The notes below the pieces were generated by a model, which was given only the letters and a program-made list of their open reading frames with translations, made no database searches and was not told where the DNA came from. 49,782 nt of DNA, taken from the IMG/VR virus record IMGVR_UViG_3300031237_000008, positions 1 through 49,782 of that record, one strand, 5' to 3'. Position 1 is the stretch's first letter; each line of letters begins with the position of its first letter. The position numbers and the translations under genes are program-made. Positions 22,837 through 32,889 of the stretch are shown one piece after another. The stretch comes from a virus.

Positions 22837-23846
22837 AGTCTCGACTTGAACCCCACATTATGCGCGGCAATGTTGGGCGCATGACGACCGCACCAGAAGC
22901 GGTGGGATGGCGCGCAAGCCATCACCGCCCTCTTCCCGTCCGGTGCATCCACAAACTCCAGCGCAGAGATGTACCCACTACCCCCACCCGGCTGCCGCAC
23001 CATCACCCGGTCACTGAGGGAAAGTAATGCAGCAGCCCGGTTCTCGTCAGAGAACAAGGGCTGCGGTGTCTCCGGGCTAATCTCTATCTCATCTCCAGCA
23101 TCCGTGCGTATCAGGATGAAAGAGTCGCAAGGGGTTATCTCCACGCCCACTACCTCCGTCCATCCATCTCCATCTGGCGACACTATACGCTCTCCTACAG
23201 ACAACTCGTAGCACGGGATGACGCCACGCTCCACCGACTCTACTACCATGTAGTCACGAGGGCAGCCGCCGGGGCGCGTAGCTCCCACAATATCACCCTC
23301 GGAGCCGCCTCCGTACACCGTGGAACTGCCTGCTCCGGGCAATGTGTCCGCATACATGGCCCCCAACGACAGCGGTTCCCGGTCTTGCAGCATCTGTTGA
23401 TGTGCTGCCGCATCCGTCACTGCCGAGTGAGCGAACATGGGTGTTCCGCTGTTGCCCGACACGAACCCCACGCCGCATCCCTTGGTGGCATTGAACGGGA
23501 AGAAGTAGTAGCGGGTAGATGGTGCCAGCCCATTCACGGTCAGTGATGACGCATTGATGACCGTGATGCTGCCATCGGCGCGCCGCAATGGCCCGCCCCA
23601 GTCCCAGCGGATGGATGTACTGGTCACTGTCCCGGTGAATGACGGGAACAGCGTCGGCGTCAACGACCCGGATGTCTCGAATGCCCGTGCTCTCGGGTCA
23701 ACCCTGCCATCATTCAGGATGGAGTTCAGGGGGCGTCCGCGCAACCCGCTGGGGGTCACTTGTGTCCCGCGCCGCATCTGTGCCTCGCCACGTTCCAGCC
23801 GCCGCAGCCGTGTCTCCTGCTTGCGCTTCCAAATCTCATCCATCAT
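22833..23846 (-). CDS. tail-associated protein with a C-terminal Hint/bacterial intein-like domain
   Basis: Track ORF 22833-23912 trimmed to ATG 23846 (ATGA overlap). The Hint-like segment starts at CPRDYMVV and ends SHRFWCGRHAPNIAAHN, followed by 7 residues. Confidence 0.75.
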   Translation of the reverse strand: MMDEIWKRKQETRLRRLERGEAQMRRGTQVTPSGLRGRPLNSILNDGRVDPRARAFETSGSLTPTLFPSFTGTVTSTSIRWDWGGPLRRADGSITVINASSLTVNGLAPSTRYYFFPFNATKGCGVGFVSGNSGTPMFAHSAVTDAAAHQQMLQDREPLSLGAMYADTLPGAGSSTVYGGGSEGDIVGATRPGGCPRDYMVVESVERGVIPCYELSVGERIVSPDGDGWTEVVGVEITPCDSFILIRTDAGDEIEISPETPQPLFSDENRAAALLSLSDRVMVRQPGGGSGYISALEFVDAPDGKRAVMACAPSHRFWCGRHAPNIAAHNVGFKSRL

Positions 23847-25714
23847 CTGCCCACCGAGTGGAACGCCACGCCAATCCCGTAGACCATGAAGTTGCTGTCC
23901 GCAGCAGCCCAACTCAGCTTGAACGCCACGCGCCGCGCCGCCGGTGTATTGAACTTGTAATACTTCTCTGTCAGGTTGACTCCCTGAGTCCGCAGGTCGG
24001 CGGTCACTCCGGCAACGGGAGACTGGAATGTAGCCACTGTCGGGTCATCGTCAGTCACTATCTGTACCGAGGTGGGTTGGGTGGCATCGCCCTCTACCGA
24101 GATGTGGTCACACACTCCGCGCCAGTTGGGCTTCTGGTCGGGAGTCATGTCGAACAGATTGCTGACGACATAGGCCGTATAGGTTGCGCCATTGTCATTG
24201 TAGGTGCCCGGGGTCATCTTCAATACCTTGCCGCTGGAATGTCCGATGGCCAGTTCCCATGTCCCCGCCGCCATCTCTCCGCTGTATATGGCATGGGCCG
24301 TGATGAGTCGCGGCGGCATCCACGACTTGGTATCCAGGTCGAAGGTGAACAGCTTGCCACCAGCCCCATCCATCAGCACCAGCCAGCGGCGCGGCCCGTT
24401 GATGTGGAACGCCAGGGCAGCCTTTGAGTGGTCAATGGTTTCCAGGTCAGGCCGGATGGGCAATCCAATCTCGCCCAGTCCCAGCATCCATACCGTGTTG
24501 GCCGAGTCCAGCCAAGCGGCCAGTACCGTCCCCGGCTCCAGAGACACCGCAGAGATGTTGGTAGAGTTCCTGACTCCGTTGCGCACTGACACGGTATAGC
24601 GCCTGAAGGTATCCAGCGAGTCGCCATCTATCCCGAACAGGGTGTCACTGGTAGCCACGGCCACCATCGTATCCAGCCCCGCCAGCCCGGTCACTTGCGA
24701 CGGATACGGGTAGTGGTTGCCGTCCCCGCCACTAGGCCAGCACTCCTCGGCCACTCCATTCACTATCTCCTCGAAGCCGGAGAAGTACACCATGTTGGCC
24801 GCCTTGGACCATATCCGGTTGGCGAATGTAGTGAAGCCATCTGATGCCGTGGGTGGGTCATTCCGCAGGGCGGCAGGAGCGAATCGCAGCCCCAGCAACT
24901 CGTCTGTAGTGGTATCCACTACTGTTTGGTTGGTATTGGTGAATGGGCTGCCAGCAATCTCGGCGCAGTCTTCGGGCGCTTGGGAGCCGCCATCAGTGGA
25001 ACGGTAGATGCGTATCTGGTTGACTTGGGTGTCGGCACTGGCGGCCACCGTCACCGACACAGAGCTACTGGTAAACAGTCCCGTACAAGTAGAGATGGGC
25101 GATGGCGATGACTCGTTGGCGTTCGAGCTGTTGCAGTATGTGTAGTAGTAGAAGTACCCCACATATGCAATCAGCGTAGAGCCGCCATTGACTACCCAGG
25201 TGGGCGCAGCAGCGGGTGCATCAATACCCCACAACCGCGAGGTGGTAGTCCCGCTGATGCCATCAAACGCCCGCATATTGGTGCGGGTAGTCCCGTTGCC
25301 GAACAGACAGGTATTGTTTCCCACCACGAAGTCAAAGGGGCGGCTGGAGGTGGCGTCTGTGTATATCAGTACGAAGTTGGCATCCACCCCAATCTCCATC
25401 TTGTAGACTTTCGAGGTATTCAGGGTGGCGTCTGTCTCGCACATCATCCAGTAGTAGCTGCCTGCGGTGCTGGATGTATCCCACTTCTTCCATGAGAATA
25501 CCCTGGCCACGATGGCCGTAGTCGCCGCTACTGATGGTGTCGCCTCGATGCCGGATGCGAAGCCTGGATACCGCTCCAATATCTCCCCGATGGATGTCAT
25601 CACGTTCTGCCCGGCGTGGTACTGAGGGTCACGCGATGTCGGGCTGCCCAGTGTGTCATAGGGCAGGGACGGGTTCGTGATGTTTCGGTGCCCGGTCTGT
25701 GATGCGAGGGACAT
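23843..25714 (-). CDS. putative tail (nozzle/tubular B-like) protein
   Basis: 623-aa ORF between the receptor-binding proteins and the Hint protein. Composition looks beta-rich. Confidence 0.8.
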   Translation of the reverse strand: MSLASQTGHRNITNPSLPYDTLGSPTSRDPQYHAGQNVMTSIGEILERYPGFASGIEATPSVAATTAIVARVFSWKKWDTSSTAGSYYWMMCETDATLNTSKVYKMEIGVDANFVLIYTDATSSRPFDFVVGNNTCLFGNGTTRTNMRAFDGISGTTTSRLWGIDAPAAAPTWVVNGGSTLIAYVGYFYYYTYCNSSNANESSPSPISTCTGLFTSSSVSVTVAASADTQVNQIRIYRSTDGGSQAPEDCAEIAGSPFTNTNQTVVDTTTDELLGLRFAPAALRNDPPTASDGFTTFANRIWSKAANMVYFSGFEEIVNGVAEECWPSGGDGNHYPYPSQVTGLAGLDTMVAVATSDTLFGIDGDSLDTFRRYTVSVRNGVRNSTNISAVSLEPGTVLAAWLDSANTVWMLGLGEIGLPIRPDLETIDHSKAALAFHINGPRRWLVLMDGAGGKLFTFDLDTKSWMPPRLITAHAIYSGEMAAGTWELAIGHSSGKVLKMTPGTYNDNGATYTAYVVSNLFDMTPDQKPNWRGVCDHISVEGDATQPTSVQIVTDDDPTVATFQSPVAGVTADLRTQGVNLTEKYYKFNTPAARRVAFKLSWAAADSNFMVYGIGVAFHSVGR

Positions 25715-25717
25715 GGC

Positions 25718-27226
25718 TTAGTACCCTGCCGTGACGCTTTTTCCAGTAGCCCGGAACAGGTGAGCATCGAAACTCTTGATGGCAGCGGCCAGTGTCTTGA
25801 CTTGGAAGAATGGGGTCAAAAGCGTTGCATCAGCCGGTATGGTGGCAGAGTTTGTGGCCAGCGCCGTGGCGCTACCCGCCTGATATACCTTAACGTTGGT
25901 AGTCCCATTCTTCACTACTATGAATCCAATCTTGCCAGCAGCATGGGCAATGGCGGTATTGCTTCGGGTTTCTGCGGCGGCGGCCCTCGTAACCAGGAAC
26001 CAGTTGGCGTCTGCCCCAAGTCGCTCTAGATAGATACCGTTGGCGGGCGGGTCGGTACTGGCACCGTCCGAGGTAAACCCGACACGCTGCGTGGTATTGG
26101 CATCACTCTGTACCGGGTCGCAGACGAACCAGAAACATTGCAGGTCGCTTCCCAGTATGCCCTCAGTGGCGGTGAATGCCTCTATGAACTGAACATCATT
26201 GGCCCCGGCAATGGTTGTGATTCTCAGCGCCCCATTGGGTGCTGTGTACAGGGCATAGTTGGCCCCACCGCCCCATGGGCGCTCCGCATAGAAGCGGTCA
26301 TTGGTGGTGTCTGGGTAATGGTTCCTGAAGTCTGAGTTGAATCTGTACCCTGGCTGTACATCTTGCAGCCAAGTGGTTATGGTCGAATCGAACAACTCCC
26401 ACCGCTTGTTCGAGGCAGAGTATGTATACCCTGTCCCAGAGATGGTCTGCCAAGAAGCCGCCGTAGCGGAACTGGCTTGCAATACCTGATTGGCTGTCGG
26501 GGCAACAGCCGAGACAGCAACTGCGTTCAGCAGGGCAACGCTCAGGTTGGGTACAACCGTGGTAGAGGTGATGGCAAGGGGCGCAGTCCCTGTGGCCAGA
26601 GTGGAAGTCAGCACACCACTCATGGACAATGTAGTGATGCCACTCAGCGCCCCGGAGAATGACAGTGGCCCACTGACAGACACGCCCCCAACATCTCCCA
26701 GTACCACCACGTTCCCGCTCATGGATACCAGATTCAGGTCGGCAGTATTGCCACTGTTCCGTACCTTGATGGCGTCCGAGTTGGCCAGCCGGAATTGCCC
26801 CGTGGCCGACACGTTGGCGGTATTCGATGCCGCAGCAGCCATGATGGTGACGCCAGCATCATTGACCTGCCACGCCGGGCTGGATATCGAGTAGTTGGTG
26901 AACCACTTGGGATACCCTGCCCGCAAGTCCAAGATGCTCTTGCCTGCGGCAATGGCCGAAGCATTCCCCGCGCCCATGGTCGAGGGCACCAGAACCGCCA
27001 CAGTGGCCGCAGCTCCCAGCGCCGCATCAATCTTTGCGGTGACGCTGGCCCCGGCGGCATTGTCGGCAAACTGGATGCCTTCCAGTGATGTCAGGGTCAG
27101 GGTCGAGAACGTAGCTGTCCCGCTGACATCAAGATTCTGCGCGTAGATGTCCCAGCGTTGCAGGGCCGCACCCAGGTCGTACCCGCTAGCGGAAGGCAAC
27201 AAGTTGTCAGCGAAAGTCTGGCTCAT
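25718..27226 (-). CDS. tail fibre/receptor-binding protein 2
   Basis: 502-aa ORF. The N-terminal MSQTFADNLLPSASGYDLGAALQRWD is shared with the upstream tailspike. Confidence 0.8.
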   Translation of the reverse strand: MSQTFADNLLPSASGYDLGAALQRWDIYAQNLDVSGTATFSTLTLTSLEGIQFADNAAGASVTAKIDAALGAAATVAVLVPSTMGAGNASAIAAGKSILDLRAGYPKWFTNYSISSPAWQVNDAGVTIMAAAASNTANVSATGQFRLANSDAIKVRNSGNTADLNLVSMSGNVVVLGDVGGVSVSGPLSFSGALSGITTLSMSGVLTSTLATGTAPLAITSTTVVPNLSVALLNAVAVSAVAPTANQVLQASSATAASWQTISGTGYTYSASNKRWELFDSTITTWLQDVQPGYRFNSDFRNHYPDTTNDRFYAERPWGGGANYALYTAPNGALRITTIAGANDVQFIEAFTATEGILGSDLQCFWFVCDPVQSDANTTQRVGFTSDGASTDPPANGIYLERLGADANWFLVTRAAAAETRSNTAIAHAAGKIGFIVVKNGTTNVKVYQAGSATALATNSATIPADATLLTPFFQVKTLAAAIKSFDAHLFRATGKSVTAGY

Positions 27227-27229
27227 TGT

Positions 27230-29824
27230 CTAAGTAGCTACATAGGGAATCTTTTTGGCAGTTCCGGCAATGTTCACGATGATGTATCCATCCACATTGG
27301 CTTTCATGGCTTCGCCGCCGCCATTGGTCGCGGTCGCTGCCGTGGTACTGCCAAAACCTACCTGGGCAGCGGCAACCGTGGGAGCCGCAACTGTGTATAC
27401 ACTGTTGCCCATCGTGGTGGTGCCAGTGCCCAACAGATTATTGGCAGCCCCGGCATTGTAGAATGCCCAATTCGTTCCCGCCCCTGTCAGCGCCGGGCAG
27501 TAGAAACCGTACTGCGTGGTAATTGTGCTTCCGCCTCCGATGGTGGGAGCTTCTATCTTGTAATGGTAAAGAGAGGCCAGGGTGAAGGCGGCGGCCTGCG
27601 TTTTTGGGAAACTTTGGAAGGTCACGCCAGCCGTGGTCGCCGCGCTCGAATAGGTCGGGCGCGAGGAAATCCCGTTTTGCGTGGCGGTGGTCGAGGTGGT
27701 GGTCTCCGCCATTATCATGGTGTTGGCGTTGGCTGGCGTGCCGATGCCGATGGGGCCGGTGAACTGTGGGGCAGTAGCTAAAACCGGCGTGCCGGTGCCA
27801 GTGGGCGTCACGGCCACAAAGTTAGTCCCATCGCCCTGGAGCATGGCGTTGCTCGCGGCGGCCCCGCCAATCTGGAGCTTAGACACGCTCACGGTTGCGG
27901 GATTTGCTGCTGTCCCGAAGGTGTACGGCCCACCCAGGAAGGTGACCTGGCTGCCCCGCATGTCCAGGAAATGCCAACCTGCGGGGATGGTGGCAGGGAA
28001 GGATGCTCCAGCCGCCCCGGCAGTATTTCCGGGGACCATGGTAATGGCATTCTTGTTTGCCAGATTCGTGGCTACGCCATAGAGCGCGTCGGCCAGAGTA
28101 CCCAAGCCGCTGCTGCTCTCGAGGTAGTTGATGAATGGATGGCTCCATTGCGGGACATAGTTGGCGGTTGTGTCTGCCACCAGCCCCGGAGCCAGAGCTA
28201 TCGTGCCGCCCTCGGAGGTGGCCCCAGCGGCAGCCGCATTCACCACCGTCAGGGTGGGAGTAGTGGAAGTGACAACCTTGAAGATGCCATTCCATGTGGC
28301 ATCCGCGATGCCCAGCAGCGCTACATAGTCCCCGACTCGATAGGCGTGGGCCGTGGTTGTAGTCAGTGTCAGGGTAGTCCCGCTGCGGGTCAGACTGCCC
28401 ACGGTCGGGTCCAGTGTCTTACCATACGCCGGGAACGGGCCGCTCGGCCCCAGTGATACATGGTTGCGGGTAATCTTTGCCCCGGCATTGCACAGCATGG
28501 TCAACCCCGAGTGATAGAACCCGCTGAATATCATGGTGGGCGTTCCATCAATGACCATGGCAAAGTGCGGGGTAGTAGTGGCTTGTTGACGCACCGCGCA
28601 CTGCCGGAAGTCGTAGAAGTCCCCGGCGGCATCATGCAACATGTACCCGTTCTCGTCGTAGCAGTTGTCGAATGTCCAGCGGTTCCCCGCCAATACATAC
28701 ACACTGGAGTACACCCCGGCGGCCAGCGGCGCGAAGTAGTAGTTATCAAAGGCCACATTGTGGCCCGAGTACCCATACACGTGATGGTTGCCATTGACCC
28801 CGCCAATGCCGATGAATCCCGTATTGAACTTCAACTGGAAGTTCCCGGTGCCGAACCTCAGAAAGATGTCGCCGCCACCCACAATGCTGCTCTCGGCCAC
28901 TGCCGTATTGGGTACACCATTCCCGCCAGTCATAATGCTGTTTATCTGGCACTCGCCGTAGTTGGAACCCTGGTCGGCCCCAGTCCCGCCGAACACGAAC
29001 CCCCACTGGGCAGCGTATCCGGCGTTGACGCGGCTGACGCTCCAGTCGAACGAGGAAGAAGCCGCAGTCCCGCCCACCTGTACACAGTGGCTGGCTAACT
29101 GGCTGCCGCAGAATGCAATGTCCTCCAGCAGGAACTGTCCGCTGACTTGCAACATGACATTCTCGTTGACTGCCCCGGTAGTCCCGCCAGCAGAGCCTAC
29201 CCACACCAACTCTGTCCCGGTAGCGCGCTGGGCAGTAAGATTGTAGCTACCCAGGCTGGCCGCGCTGCCCGCTCCCTCGCCCGAGATAATCAGGCCCTGA
29301 CAGTTGGTGAATACGAGTGGCGTAGCCATCAGGAATATGCCCTGCGGAAAATGCAGCCTGCTGACATTGCCACGTGCGGTGATGGCGGCAGCAGCGTTGG
29401 CTATGGCCGTAGAGTCATCCGTGCCCCATACCGCATTGCACGACCCGGACAGGGTAGGCGCAGCAGTCAGAACGATATGTGCCGAGTCGGTGAAGCTGGC
29501 GATGGTGGTGACAAAGCCGGGCGAGTAGGTTTGGCCATATAACACGATGGTCTTGCCAACATCAGCCGCCACCCATGGAGAGGCCGTGGTGTCTACCAGA
29601 GTGGTATTCGATGCCGTGGCTACGGCGCTGGTAACGGCCCTGCCGTCGCCCACTGCCCCATAAGTGGCCGGGTATACCACCCCTAGCCCGGAAATAGCTC
29701 CGGCCAGGGACAGCGTACCGGATATGTCCATGTTCTGGAAGTAGCCATCCCAGCGGGCGGTCGCGCTACCCAAGTCGTACCCGGTGGCGCTTGGTATCAG
29801 GTTATCTGCGAAGGTCTGGCTCAC
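27230..29824 (-). CDS. tailspike, pectate-lyase-like beta-helix receptor-binding protein 1
   Basis: 864-aa ORF with a GTG start. YGAVGDGRAV motif typical of pectate-lyase-superfamily tailspikes. Shares its N-terminal anchor with 25718-27226. Confidence 0.85.
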   Translation of the reverse strand: MSQTFADNLIPSATGYDLGSATARWDGYFQNMDISGTLSLAGAISGLGVVYPATYGAVGDGRAVTSAVATASNTTLVDTTASPWVAADVGKTIVLYGQTYSPGFVTTIASFTDSAHIVLTAAPTLSGSCNAVWGTDDSTAIANAAAAITARGNVSRLHFPQGIFLMATPLVFTNCQGLIISGEGAGSAASLGSYNLTAQRATGTELVWVGSAGGTTGAVNENVMLQVSGQFLLEDIAFCGSQLASHCVQVGGTAASSSFDWSVSRVNAGYAAQWGFVFGGTGADQGSNYGECQINSIMTGGNGVPNTAVAESSIVGGGDIFLRFGTGNFQLKFNTGFIGIGGVNGNHHVYGYSGHNVAFDNYYFAPLAAGVYSSVYVLAGNRWTFDNCYDENGYMLHDAAGDFYDFRQCAVRQQATTTPHFAMVIDGTPTMIFSGFYHSGLTMLCNAGAKITRNHVSLGPSGPFPAYGKTLDPTVGSLTRSGTTLTLTTTTAHAYRVGDYVALLGIADATWNGIFKVVTSTTPTLTVVNAAAAGATSEGGTIALAPGLVADTTANYVPQWSHPFINYLESSSGLGTLADALYGVATNLANKNAITMVPGNTAGAAGASFPATIPAGWHFLDMRGSQVTFLGGPYTFGTAANPATVSVSKLQIGGAAASNAMLQGDGTNFVAVTPTGTGTPVLATAPQFTGPIGIGTPANANTMIMAETTTSTTATQNGISSRPTYSSAATTAGVTFQSFPKTQAAAFTLASLYHYKIEAPTIGGGSTITTQYGFYCPALTGAGTNWAFYNAGAANNLLGTGTTTMGNSVYTVAAPTVAAAQVGFGSTTAATATNGGGEAMKANVDGYIIVNIAGTAKKIPYVAT

Positions 29825-30469
29825 CTACCACCCCCAGATGTTCCAGCCGCCGCTACTCCCGGAGCCTATGCTGCCCTCGCCGGGGAAGATTGTATCTATT
29901 GCCCCAAAGTCCTCGGCGCGGGCCATTTGCTCTACTGCTTGCCGGTACTCGTTCAGCTGGACACTGGCGCGTGGGTCGTCACCCAGCTTGTAGGCCCAAT
30001 ACATCAGCCCCTTCAGGAATACATGGACGTGCTGGTCGTCGAACCACAGCTGGTCAGTCAGGGCAGTAATCTTGGCTGGGTTCATCTGGTACTGGCCGGA
30101 CAACTCCAGCAATGTCCCGGAGGGAACCTGCACCGCAGACTCCAGCCGTATCTTGCCGATGCCACGCTGGAGCGCCGCTGACCGGATGGACTGGTAGCTT
30201 TGCGATACCATGTTGTCTGACAAGTCCTGAACGACATTCAGTTCCCGGTTGTCGTCTGGCGTGGTATCTGTCCGGGTGATGGATATCTTCAGCAGCCGGT
30301 AGATGTTGGTAGGGGCAGAGTAGTCCTGCTGCCCATCCACCAGGGGTATCAGCCCGGCGGCAATATTGGTAATGGATACCCGCCACGGGTAGATGCCCCA
30401 TATCTCCGCAGACACCATGTCGGCAAGCTGGGGGGTGATGGCCGCCAGCCCGCCGACATTCTTCAGCAA
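29825..30469 (-). CDS. putative tail tubular A-like/adaptor protein
   Basis: 214-aa ORF with a TTG start (GGAG upstream), immediately upstream of the tailspike. Confidence 0.65.
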   Translation of the reverse strand: MLKNVGGLAAITPQLADMVSAEIWGIYPWRVSITNIAAGLIPLVDGQQDYSAPTNIYRLLKISITRTDTTPDDNRELNVVQDLSDNMVSQSYQSIRSAALQRGIGKIRLESAVQVPSGTLLELSGQYQMNPAKITALTDQLWFDDQHVHVFLKGLMYWAYKLGDDPRASVQLNEYRQAVEQMARAEDFGAIDTIFPGEGSIGSGSSGGWNIWGW

Positions 30470-30518
30470 TGGCTCCAGGACATTGGCTACATCGGAGACA
30501 AGATAAGTTTGCGCGATG

Positions 30519-30980
30519 TTACACCGCCACCGGGTGCTGGCGCTCGGCCATCCGCTCCAGTGCAGCCATGTCCAGAGTCTTGTAGTTCACCAGGTTGATG
30601 CCCTGAGTGACTTGCTCGACCGAGCATTCAATCTTGGCCAACTGGGTCTGGCACCGCTGACAGGTAGGGACGAAGTACGGCTTGACCCCGGCCGGGGTGT
30701 GCGCCTGGGCTACCCAGGTATGGCTCTTGCCGTTGTGGTGAGGACAGTTACGCTTGCGCATGGCCTTGGATTCCTCTTCGGCCTTGCCGCGCTCCAGTGC
30801 CTCATTCTTGTTCCGCGCCCTGAGTGCCTGTTTCTCGTCAATGGCCTCTTGGTCCAACTGTGACGGCTTCTTGGCCGCAGCCACTACCGCCTCCAGTAAC
30901 TGTTGCAACTGCTCCGCCGACAACCCCACCGCCGGGGGTGCCGCCACCGCCTGTTCGTCTTTGCTGAATACTCCCATCAC
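30519..30980 (-). CDS. hypothetical virion-module protein
   Basis: 153-aa ORF in operon register. Contains C..HH...C..C. Confidence 0.65.
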   Translation of the reverse strand: MMGVFSKDEQAVAAPPAVGLSAEQLQQLLEAVVAAAKKPSQLDQEAIDEKQALRARNKNEALERGKAEEESKAMRKRNCPHHNGKSHTWVAQAHTPAGVKPYFVPTCQRCQTQLAKIECSVEQVTQGINLVNYKTLDMAALERMAERQHPVAV

Positions 30981-31231
30981 GCATCTCCTTTGTACAGATT
31001 GGGTTTGTCTTCTTTGGTCATGCGGCGCGAGTTGTCGCTGCCCGCCTCCGCTGCTTCCTTCAGGATATTGGTCATTCTCGCCCGCGACATCCCGTCATTG
31101 TTCAGGAACTGGATGCTGTTATCGTTCTCGTTAAAGGCCACAGCCACGACCACGAAACCATCTTCCCGCGCCATGCCCAGCGCCTCGCGAAGCAGCATCT
31201 TGTTGCTGTCAGAGAACTCCATGATTACCAA
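30977..31231 (-). CDS. hypothetical virion-module protein
   Basis: 84-aa ORF overlapping its downstream neighbour by 4 nt. Confidence 0.6.
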   Translation of the reverse strand: MVIMEFSDSNKMLLREALGMAREDGFVVVAVAFNENDNSIQFLNNDGMSRARMTNILKEAAEAGSDNSRRMTKEDKPNLYKGDA

Positions 31232-31245
31232 CTATATCACAGCCA

Positions 31246-31791
31246 TCACTGGGTCAGCGCCTGCCACTTTTCGCTGTCATGCGAGGGCGGGCCGAACAGC
31301 GCAGCCACCTTCGACTCCGCGACATACCTGCCCCGTATCAGCCGGGACAATACATTCCGCCATCCCGGTATGACTGTCGCCCCCAGTAGCTCCCCCGTCT
31401 CTTCATCCGTGCGTCCAGTAACGAATTCTCGGCACATTCCTCTGGGCATTCCGCAAATGAATCTTCGCCCCCCTGGCGTTCCTGGGTCGAGCAGATACAC
31501 CCCGTATTGCTTGTCGCTGGCATGGGACACCTCGAACCATAGATTTGGGTTCAGCTTGATGAGTCTCCGCATGATGATGTCAGAGTGGAGTGGCAGCCCT
31601 GTTTGCTGCTCCACGTTGTGCATGGAGCGGCCCGCGTCAGGGGCAACAGCGGCTTTCCGTTTGGCCTCTGCCGAGGCGTAGGCGGTTCGGCTGCGGGCTA
31701 CCGCTTCGTCCCGCTCCCTGCGCTTGGCATGGCGAGCTTGTAGCTCTGAGTCGAATACGGCGGGTGCCTTGACTCGGTGCAGTCGTGACAT
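31246..31791 (-). CDS. hypothetical virion-module protein
   Basis: 181-aa ORF. Confidence 0.65.
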   Translation of the reverse strand: MSRLHRVKAPAVFDSELQARHAKRRERDEAVARSRTAYASAEAKRKAAVAPDAGRSMHNVEQQTGLPLHSDIIMRRLIKLNPNLWFEVSHASDKQYGVYLLDPGTPGGRRFICGMPRGMCREFVTGRTDEETGELLGATVIPGWRNVLSRLIRGRYVAESKVAALFGPPSHDSEKWQALTQ

Positions 31792-31808
31792 ATCGAGATG
31801 GTAACACA

Positions 31809-31827
31809 GGGGGCTGGTTGGCCCCCC
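31809..31827 (-). terminator. hairpin (possible attenuator) after structural gene 31840-32292
   Basis: The minus strand reads GGGGGGC-caacca-GCCCCC followed by tgtgtt. Confidence 0.4.
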
Positions 31828-31839
31828 GTGTCGGTCTAG

Positions 31840-32292
31840 CTATGAACGCTCGAACCCAGTACCGAGAACAGACAGATGGATGTTCACGGTGAAGCTGGGG
31901 TTGGTGCCGCCAATGGTGGATTTCACCTTGATGGCGGCAGGGTCGAACAGGCAGTTCTTGGTCAGGATGCCGCCAGTATCGGCAACAACCTGGCTCAAGG
32001 CTACTTCGCTGTCACCCAGGCCCAGCTTGAACGTGAGGTATTCCACGCGAGCAGCCGTAATCTGGGATGAGCGGATAGGCAGGTTTACATACGTCCCTGC
32101 GCTGCCGTTGAAGCTGGTCTGCAACACGATGTCGAGCGTCGGGGAGGTACCCGTGACCGACGTAATGTCCAGTACCAGTTGGTAGCATTCCCCGACATAC
32201 ATCTCCAGTGCCGAGGAGGTTGTGGTGGATGCCAGCGCCCCGCCAGCATACCAGTTGCGCTTGTGGTAGATGGGAACGAGTCCTTGGCTCAT
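31840..32292 (-). CDS. virion structural protein, paralog of 45506-45943
   Basis: 150-aa ORF. Shares the VTGTSPTL(D/N) and GGTNPSF motifs with the 145-aa ORF at 45506-45943. Confidence 0.7.
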   Translation of the reverse strand: MSQGLVPIYHKRNWYAGGALASTTTSSALEMYVGECYQLVLDITSVTGTSPTLDIVLQTSFNGSAGTYVNLPIRSSQITAARVEYLTFKLGLGDSEVALSQVVADTGGILTKNCLFDPAAIKVKSTIGGTNPSFTVNIHLSVLGTGFERS

Positions 32293-32819
32293 TACAGCAC
32301 CTCCAGGGACAGTTCGTCCAGGTATCCGTTGTCACCGCCGCCGGTGGCGATGGTGATTTCCACCGACAGGGCATTGCCCGCCGTGGACGAGGACAAGTCA
32401 ACAGAACTGACAGTATTCGTCAGCACCGCAAACGCATCCAGTACCGAGGTTGCGCCGTTCAGGGCGGAAAAACACCCCTTCAGGACTTGCGAGGTTGAGT
32501 CCCAGAACAGGTCGCCCCAGATGGCCCATACCGCCTGCGTGGTGCTGACCGCCCGTGCGGTAGCAGCAGCAATCACGGTATTCGAGGCTGCGGTGATAGA
32601 GCTGCCGTAGCTGACCTTGGGGGTCACGTTGTGGGACGCGGAGTTGAGTGCGCGACCGACGGCGCGGAACTTGAACGCGGCGGAGCTTCCCGAAATCTGC
32701 GGGAAGTAGACCACACACGCCTTGGTGGCGTCATCGGCCTGAAGGAACGTCGCGGCAGAGGTCGGATTCAGCCTCGCACTGGCCCGCTTCGCCCTGTAGG
32801 TTGTATTGGCATTGCCCAT
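32292..32819 (-). CDS. virion structural protein (possible decoration/head protein)
   Basis: 175-aa ORF directly downstream of the capsid gene, with an AAGGAG RBS. Confidence 0.7.
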   Translation of the reverse strand: MGNANTTYRAKRASARLNPTSAATFLQADDATKACVVYFPQISGSSAAFKFRAVGRALNSASHNVTPKVSYGSSITAASNTVIAAATARAVSTTQAVWAIWGDLFWDSTSQVLKGCFSALNGATSVLDAFAVLTNTVSSVDLSSSTAGNALSVEITIATGGGDNGYLDELSLEVL

Positions 32820-32867
32820 GTTGTGTTCTCCTTGTCGAGTTCACCGCTCGACTCGGGTTAGTGGTTG

Positions 32868-32886
32868 CGGCTGTTTATCGCAGCCG
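32868..32886 (-). terminator. hairpin immediately after the capsid gene stop
   Basis: CGGCTG-n7-CAGCCG. A second hairpin GTCGAG-n7-CTCGAC lies at 32834-32852. Confidence 0.4.
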
Positions 32887-32889
32887 TTG

